From an uncultured Spirochaetales bacterium (GTDB taxonomy: Bacteria > Spirochaetota > Spirochaetia > SPDA01 > CAZSGZ01), in assembly GCA_964440465.1 (NCBI GenBank), contig CAYTSI010000001.1:7976-71975 (forward strand): 64,000 nucleotides of DNA, read 5' to 3'. The notes below the pieces were generated by a model. That model did no database searches. It was not told the origin of the DNA and saw nothing but the letters and a program-made list of their open reading frames with translations. The position numbers and the translations under genes were made by a program. Below are positions 58,698 to 64,000 of this stretch, piece after piece. Position 1 is the first letter of the stretch. Every line of letters starts with the position of its first letter.

Positions 58698-59929
58698 TTC
58701 TTCAAGGATCCGGCCTTTCTTGCCTTGTCGATTTTCTCCATTTTCCGGTAATACTTTGCCTGCTTTTCTATTTCGTCGAGGTCGGTTGTGTGGATCTTGT
58801 TATCGATAAGTTTAAACCGCTTGTTATCGAAAAGCTGTTTGACAACGGCATTTCCTTCCTGAGAGGAAAGCCCCACCATGTTCATGAGTTCCTTCGGACC
58901 GAAGTCGAAGGTATATGGCTCTCCCGAATTGATGGGGACCCGGTTCTTTTCGAGATGGATGAGCAGCGCGTCGTAGAGTCTGCCTAACAGATCCCCAAGC
59001 TGCGTATTGGCAAGCTGCTTGTAAATAAACCATATCCGCTCGGCCAGCAGCTGGGTAAGTTTTGTTATAATTTGCGGCTGCTTTGTCACCATTCCCTGAA
59101 AATTTGCCTTATTGACCGCGAGGAGGGTGGCATCTTCAAAAGCGATGGCGGAAGCGGACCTGGGTTTGTTCTCGAGAAGGGACATTTCTCCGAAAATATC
59201 ACCCGGCTTCAGGACCGCGAGAAGGACTTCATTGTTATTTACAATTTTCGTAATTTTAACGCTGCCTTTCTGGATAATATAGAGTTCCTGTCCCGGCTGG
59301 GACTCACTGAAAATCATCGTGTTTTTCGGATATACCCGGTTGAATTCTTCCTCCGAACTTTCGAGATACACCGCCTTCGCGTAGGGTTTAATTTTTGCCA
59401 TCCGTTCTTTGGCCACTTTTATATTCGGGTCTTCGGGACTGTACTTTATAAACTGATAGTAGGCGTAAAACGCCTGATTATACTGGCTCTGCCTGGCATA
59501 ATATTCGGCAACCTTGAAAAGATGGGAAGGATCGTCCTCTTTTGCCGAACTTTTTAAGGTAAGCCGTGTCAGGGCCTCGTCGAGATACCGCATTTTGCGG
59601 GAAAATCCCTGGATTATTTTCATCGCAACCGGCGTGTTTTTTTCAATAAGCAGACCGTACTGGTCCCTGTGGACTGATATAAGGCTTAGATCGGAAACAG
59701 CCTGGGCTGTTTCAATATGGCTGTGGGAGGACATGGTGCTGACAACACCGAAAAAATCACCCGGTGAGAGTACATTCCCCCCCTCCTCCTCTACAACTTC
59801 CGCTTCCTTGCTTATCCGTACTTTTCCGTCGCGGATAATAAAAAAGTAGTCGGCATTTTGCTTGCCTTCTACAACGATATACGCGCCTTTTTTAAAATTT
59901 ACCATTGCAAGCTGCAGTGGATTATTCAT
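58691..59929 (-). CDS. Crp/Fnr-like regulator with two cyclic-nucleotide-binding domains and C-terminal wHTH
   Basis: Two cNMP-binding beta-barrel signatures (GDFFGVV...A and GDIFGEMSLL...RSASAIA), a TPR-like linker, and a C-terminal HTH (PKELMNMVGLSSQEGNAVVKQL). Confidence 0.7.
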   Translation of the reverse strand: MNNPLQLAMVNFKKGAYIVVEGKQNADYFFIIRDGKVRISKEAEVVEEEGGNVLSPGDFFGVVSTMSSHSHIETAQAVSDLSLISVHRDQYGLLIEKNTPVAMKIIQGFSRKMRYLDEALTRLTLKSSAKEDDPSHLFKVAEYYARQSQYNQAFYAYYQFIKYSPEDPNIKVAKERMAKIKPYAKAVYLESSEEEFNRVYPKNTMIFSESQPGQELYIIQKGSVKITKIVNNNEVLLAVLKPGDIFGEMSLLENKPRSASAIAFEDATLLAVNKANFQGMVTKQPQIITKLTQLLAERIWFIYKQLANTQLGDLLGRLYDALLIHLEKNRVPINSGEPYTFDFGPKELMNMVGLSSQEGNAVVKQLFDNKRFKLIDNKIHTTDLDEIEKQAKYYRKMEKIDKARKAGSLKNQ

Positions 59930-60055
59930 ATTGCCTCTTTTATATTTTCGCTCTCATCCTATATCAGTATAAAAATCATCCTCTATTTTTGTCAACGATA
60001 AGTTGAGAATAATATATTTTCATTTTCGGATAAACGGCGCAATTAATAAAGCGGT

Positions 60056-61756
60056 TTACCACCACTCTATTATCCGCGGTTCCTGCCAGTCCGCCCGGTA
60101 GCTTTGGATGGTAGGCGACAGTTCTTCATGGCTGTTCATCATGGGAAAAAGTTCATTCCGCCGAACAAGCCGGTTGTCAGGCCGTATCTGAATGGTATGG
60201 ACCGGTCCTTTTGCCGTACAGATGTGCTGATTGTCGATATTGCCGAAGTAAAACGTCCGCGGGTCCTCGACAAAAGGAAAATCCTTAAACCGAGCTCCGT
60301 CGGCCAATGCCGGGTCCACCGGTACCCAGCCGAAATCTTCCAAATAAAATTCATTCCAGAAATGCTGCCGGGTTTCCTTGTCTCCGTAAACAATAGAGCC
60401 CGACTTAATCCGAGAAGGGATGCCCGCCGCGCGAAGCATTGTCGTATACAAGAAAGAATAGATACGGGAATTCCCCTTGTTAAACTCCAAAGCTTCAATA
60501 ATGGAGGCGCTCGGTACGTAATCGGTGTATTCCAAGGTTTCAATGAGGTAATTGAACAGCAGCCGGGCCTTACCATAGGGATTTTTTTCCCATTTTACCG
60601 TCTCTTGTACAATTTTTTGAATTGTTTCATGATCAACCGGCAAATCATCGGTATTTTTCGTATATTCCTGCGTCAGCCTCCTGTCGGTGTATTCCGATAC
60701 GACAGCGGCGGTGTTGATTTTCGTTTCCAAACCGTATCGGTCAAACCAGTAGGTTTGGGAGATCCGCGCGGTTTCCCCCGTTGTAATGTCCTCGAAACGA
60801 TATACATATACCTGACAGGAAAAGTCCCAGTACGGATCAGGGGAATTGATGTTTTCGAAGTTGTTCTGGTTCGCCGTACGAAGGACCTTCGGCATCCAGA
60901 TGTACATTTCATTGCCCCCCCTGCTGACGACATTTTCCAAGGAAACACCGTACTGGACCTGATAGCCCCGCTTGGTCGTCAGAAGCTTTGTCCCCACCGG
61001 TTCGAGGACTTCAAAATAAACGGAATTACTCCTCCCCTTATCGGTTTCCACATATAAATTCCCCGAAGTCGCGCCGTCGGACACCCGGACCAGAATTTCG
61101 TTTTCAGTCCAGTTTTCATAATCAAAGTCGCAGTCGCCGGCCATGATATGCCGGATTTCCTGATCGCCGCCGCTGTAGCCGCTTCCACCTTCGAGGCGGG
61201 AACGGATCGCGGAGAAATAGACTTTCCCGGCATTCCGGTCCTCGCCGAAATTCATCCCCGTAATACTAATGAGTTCTCCGACGGTACCGGTACGCGGCGC
61301 GACCGCCTCAACGTACGGATGACCCGGTTTTGCCGGACCTTCGATAACAACGGGGATGTCATTAATATTTGTAAAAAGAACGGTGTTGCTCCTTCCGGTC
61401 CTCGTTGTTACCGCGACGACCCCCGAACCCGCCGCGGAAGGGAGCTGCACGCTGATCCGTTCATCCGTCCACTCGTAGTAGGAAGAGGAAACGGGCCGTA
61501 CCCCTGCAATTGAAACCTCCCCGCCCTGCCTAACATCTCCGAAGTAATCTCCTTTAATAACCAGAATATCTCCCGCGTCGGCTATCGATGGGCTGATTGA
61601 GTGAATTTCAGGAGGGCGTTCCGAAAACCGCGAACTGAAGCTGAAAATAAGGACCACCCCGATAAAAATGGTAATGGGAATAAAGGCCCGGTGGCCGGTT
61701 ATACGCTTGAGAAACGGTTTTTTTTCCGGGTTGCCGCGGGTCCTATCGGATTCCAT
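60056..61756 (-). CDS. membrane-anchored transglutaminase-like cysteine protease with tandem IPT/TIG domains
   Basis: N-terminal TM; three IPT/TIG-like repeats (ISPSIADAGDILVIKGDYFG, VAPRTGTVGELISITGMNFG, GATSGNLYVETDKG); C-terminal transglutaminase core (GNSRIYSFLYTTMLRAAGIPSRI, HFWNEFYLEDFGWVPVDP). Confidence 0.75.
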   Translation of the reverse strand: MESDRTRGNPEKKPFLKRITGHRAFIPITIFIGVVLIFSFSSRFSERPPEIHSISPSIADAGDILVIKGDYFGDVRQGGEVSIAGVRPVSSSYYEWTDERISVQLPSAAGSGVVAVTTRTGRSNTVLFTNINDIPVVIEGPAKPGHPYVEAVAPRTGTVGELISITGMNFGEDRNAGKVYFSAIRSRLEGGSGYSGGDQEIRHIMAGDCDFDYENWTENEILVRVSDGATSGNLYVETDKGRSNSVYFEVLEPVGTKLLTTKRGYQVQYGVSLENVVSRGGNEMYIWMPKVLRTANQNNFENINSPDPYWDFSCQVYVYRFEDITTGETARISQTYWFDRYGLETKINTAAVVSEYTDRRLTQEYTKNTDDLPVDHETIQKIVQETVKWEKNPYGKARLLFNYLIETLEYTDYVPSASIIEALEFNKGNSRIYSFLYTTMLRAAGIPSRIKSGSIVYGDKETRQHFWNEFYLEDFGWVPVDPALADGARFKDFPFVEDPRTFYFGNIDNQHICTAKGPVHTIQIRPDNRLVRRNELFPMMNSHEELSPTIQSYRADWQEPRIIEWW

Positions 61757-61770
61757 GCTTTACTCTTGTA

Positions 61771-62265
61771 TTACTGATTTGACTGCGATTGGGCGATATT
61801 TTTATACGGCAGAATCTGTATTTCCAGCTCCAGAATAAACATTTCGCTCTCGTAGTTCTGGGCTATTCCTAAAGGATAAAAATAGACTTTATCGCCTAAG
61901 CTAATCGGCAGACTTTTCATTGTGCTGGAGTATTTAACCAGTTCTTCGCCGGGCTCGTCAACCCATACCTGTCCCTGGGCAACCAGTAAAACCCCCCCTT
62001 CTTTATCGATATAGGGGGTGATCTCGGCTATTACAATCAGGTCCTTCCCTTCGAGACGGAGGGAAACCGACCTGCCGGATATGGTGTATTTCGCCACATC
62101 CGTTTCCCAGGAGGAGACTTCGCCGCCGTCGTAAATCCTTCCAATTACATTAACGGAGAAAACATTGTCCTGCAGCATATGCAGTAAATCGTTCAGATCA
62201 TCCGAAGCTCCGTAGGAAGCCGAAACAATGGTGAATAGAACAATGGCAAGGAATTTTTTTATCAT
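61771..62265 (-). CDS. hypothetical secreted protein (164 aa)
   Basis: Signal peptide MIKKFLAIVLFTIVSASYGAS; lies between the anti-sigma factor and the transglutaminase gene on the same strand with short gaps. Confidence 0.45.
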   Translation of the reverse strand: MIKKFLAIVLFTIVSASYGASDDLNDLLHMLQDNVFSVNVIGRIYDGGEVSSWETDVAKYTISGRSVSLRLEGKDLIVIAEITPYIDKEGGVLLVAQGQVWVDEPGEELVKYSSTMKSLPISLGDKVYFYPLGIAQNYESEMFILELEIQILPYKNIAQSQSNQ

Positions 62266-62268
62266 ATG

Positions 62269-62808
62269 CTATTTTTTAAAATGTATCATCTGCTCCTGCG
62301 TGAGGATCTGCGGTTCCCCGATAATTTTTATCTCTTTCTGTTCGGGAATCTGCATATTGACTTCTATTACGACCCCGTCCGATTCTAAAAGCTGCCGGAG
62401 AAGGGCCAGTTCCTCCGCCCGGATCTCGATGGCTTTGGAATTGATCTGCCCCGCTGCTGTCGGGACTGTATTTTTATGTATCGAAAGAAATGTAATTCCT
62501 CCTATGAGGAAAAACATTAGGGCAAGTGCCGTTACGGCAAGCGGGGCCGGCAGCGTCAAGCCCCGTTTCCAAAACCGCCGTCTGTCTTTTATCGCCGTGT
62601 ATTCAAATACCCGGGTTTTAATATATTCCTTGTTCCGAAGGAGGGGCAGCTCCTCTTCCCTGTGGAGAAGAGTCCGGACCCTCTTCAGTTCCTCCATCTT
62701 CTCTCTGCACCGGGGGCAGGAACGGACATGCTCTTCCAGGGCCCGCAGAAACTTTCCCTCCAGTTCTCCATCCTGATATGCCGAAAGAATTGTTTTTTCA
62801 GGGCACAT
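62269..62808 (-). CDS. anti-sigma factor (zf-HC2 zinc finger, single TM)
   Basis: N-terminal H..CxxC motif (EEHVRSCPRC), central TM, and an 11-nt overlap with the ECF sigma gene. Confidence 0.7.
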   Translation of the reverse strand: MCPEKTILSAYQDGELEGKFLRALEEHVRSCPRCREKMEELKRVRTLLHREEELPLLRNKEYIKTRVFEYTAIKDRRRFWKRGLTLPAPLAVTALALMFFLIGGITFLSIHKNTVPTAAGQINSKAIEIRAEELALLRQLLESDGVVIEVNMQIPEQKEIKIIGEPQILTQEQMIHFKK

Positions 62809-63328
62809 ATACTTCTCCTCGCTCTATCATCGACTGTATAGCTCCCCTGGCACGGAAAACACGGACTTTTACGTTAGCTTCGCTTATATGCAGTATTTTT
62901 CCGATCTCCTTATATGATAACTCACCATACTCCCGCAGGACAAGTGGTGTTTTTAATTTTTCCGGTAATTTATCCAATAAATCCTGCACTTTCTGCTGTG
63001 TTTCATTGCGGAGATACTCGGTTTCACCTGTTTCACCCGGCTTTACAGGTTCCATGCTGTACTTTTTATACGCTTTTTGTTCACGCTGCTTCCGTTTTTC
63101 AAAATTTAACGTCAAATTTTTTATTACCCGTATCAGCCAGTACGTTGCCTGTTTTTCATCGGGGAAGCTGTTTATTTTTTCCAAATAACGGATAAATGCC
63201 TCCTGGCATAAATCCTCCGAAACTACGAGGTCGCCCGTCATGTGATACGATACTTTTATCAAATTCGGGTACACACTGTCGTAAACTCGGTTGAACTTCT
63301 CTACATCTTCCTTCTGCATATAAAACAA
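62798..63328 (-). CDS. ECF-type RNA polymerase sigma-70 factor
   Basis: Sigma-70 region 2 (VYPNLIKVSYHMTGDLVVSEDLCQEAFIRYL) and region 4 HTH (LSYKEIGKILHISEANVKVRVFRAR). Confidence 0.8.
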   Translation of the reverse strand: MFYMQKEDVEKFNRVYDSVYPNLIKVSYHMTGDLVVSEDLCQEAFIRYLEKINSFPDEKQATYWLIRVIKNLTLNFEKRKQREQKAYKKYSMEPVKPGETGETEYLRNETQQKVQDLLDKLPEKLKTPLVLREYGELSYKEIGKILHISEANVKVRVFRARGAIQSMIERGEVYVP

Positions 63329-63355
63329 CTGACCCCTGGTTTAGTTACAAAATTA

Positions 63356-64000
63356 TCACGGCCGATACCACTCGGTCCCTTGGGGTGTATCTTTGCAGAT
63401 AATTCCCTTCTCTACTAATATATTTCGAATTTCGTCGGCTTTCTTGAAATTTTTCTCTTTTCGCGCGGTTTCCCGCTCTTGTATGAGCTTCCGTTCCTCC
63501 GGAGTAAGGTCCTCCTCCCTCTCCTGCTGTATACCGGCAAGACCGAGCCCGAGGACCTCGTCCATGCGATAGGCGGTTTTCAGCCGCTCATCCGGGGAAA
63601 GGGCCGTGTCCTTCACCGCGCCCCACAGCTCGGCCAACGCCCGGGGGACATTGAGATCATTCGATACAAACCCGTTAAAGCGGTCCAAATATCCGTTTTT
63701 AGGAGGAAAGGGTCCCGCGGCCGCGGCGGCGGACTGCTGCTTGTGTAATTCCAGTATTTTACCGAACAAACTGCCGCGGGAAGACCGGGCGCTGTCGAGG
63801 GAATCGTAACTGAACTGCAGCTGAGACCGGTAATGTGCTCCGAGGCAGAGATACCGGTAATCCATGGGATCGTATCCGTCATCGACAATGGCGGGAAGTG
63901 TAATAAAGTTCCCCGCCGATTTTGCCATTTTCCCGGCTTCCATAACCAAGAATTCACCGTGTATCCAGTAATTTACCCATTTCTTTCCCGTCGCGGCCTC
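63356..64000 (-). CDS. cysS: cysteine--tRNA ligase, C-terminal part (N-terminus beyond window end)
   Basis: KMSKS-equivalent KMAKSAGN and the CysRS C-terminal helical/DALR domain; the reading frame is open to position 64000. Confidence 0.8.
   Translation of the reverse strand, partial: EAATGKKWVNYWIHGEFLVMEAGKMAKSAGNFITLPAIVDDGYDPMDYRYLCLGAHYRSQLQFSYDSLDSARSSRGSLFGKILELHKQQSAAAAAGPFPPKNGYLDRFNGFVSNDLNVPRALAELWGAVKDTALSPDERLKTAYRMDEVLGLGLAGIQQEREEDLTPEERKLIQERETARKEKNFKKADEIRNILVEKGIICKDTPQGTEWYRP

Noticed and set aside
1-64000. tRNA, rRNA, IS elements, integrases or phage genes
   Set aside because: Intergenic spaces are all under 150 nt and show no cloverleaf-compatible sequence. No transposase, integrase or phage-like ORFs are present among the 55 or so genes.

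Overview
The window is a dense block of about 55 protein-coding genes (>90% coding, roughly 50-53% GC by eye), almost all housekeeping. Gene content suggests a spirochaete-like (Treponema/Spirochaetaceae-type) bacterial chromosome; this is tentative and rests on a short NG-only FtsY, an 826-aa HrpA-type DEAH helicase, a type-2 eukaryote-like IleS, rnfCDGEAB, a GH57 glucanotransferase and a giant HgdC-type activase fusion. I found no rRNA, tRNA, CRISPR array, IS element or prophage. Positions 1-16301 form one long minus-strand co-directional block, in this order: GldG/GldF/GldA-like ABC triad, rnz, clpC-mcsB-mcsA, LolCDE-like transporter, a lipoprotein, ftsY, a PEGA protein, a CheY receiver, prfB (with its programmed +1 frameshift, which the ORF track misses) and a small low-GC Cas2/VapD-like gene. 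The rest of the window holds a GH57 enzyme; a six-gene rnfCDGEAB cluster preceded by a 522-aa polytopic membrane protein; tRNA and translation genes (rluA-family, hisS, ileS, valS, cysS fragment, thiI, rnz, pcnB-like); an orphan hisH-hisF pair; an ArsR-iscS-thiI unit; a Wza-like polysaccharide exporter; an HD-GYP/GAF protein; a translationally coupled GT2, ~1480-aa activase/dehydratase fusion and GT28 lipid glycosyltransferase triad; and an ECF sigma, anti-sigma, secreted protein and TIG/transglutaminase module. The most unusual elements are an orphan low-GC Cas2/VapD-like ORF apparently co-transcribed with prfB, an HprK/RapZ-like P-loop fused to an Asp23/Gls24 domain, and the GT2-activase-GT28 operon. 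No complete, clearly novel multi-gene system (for example a defence island) is evident, and I say so rather than over-claim.
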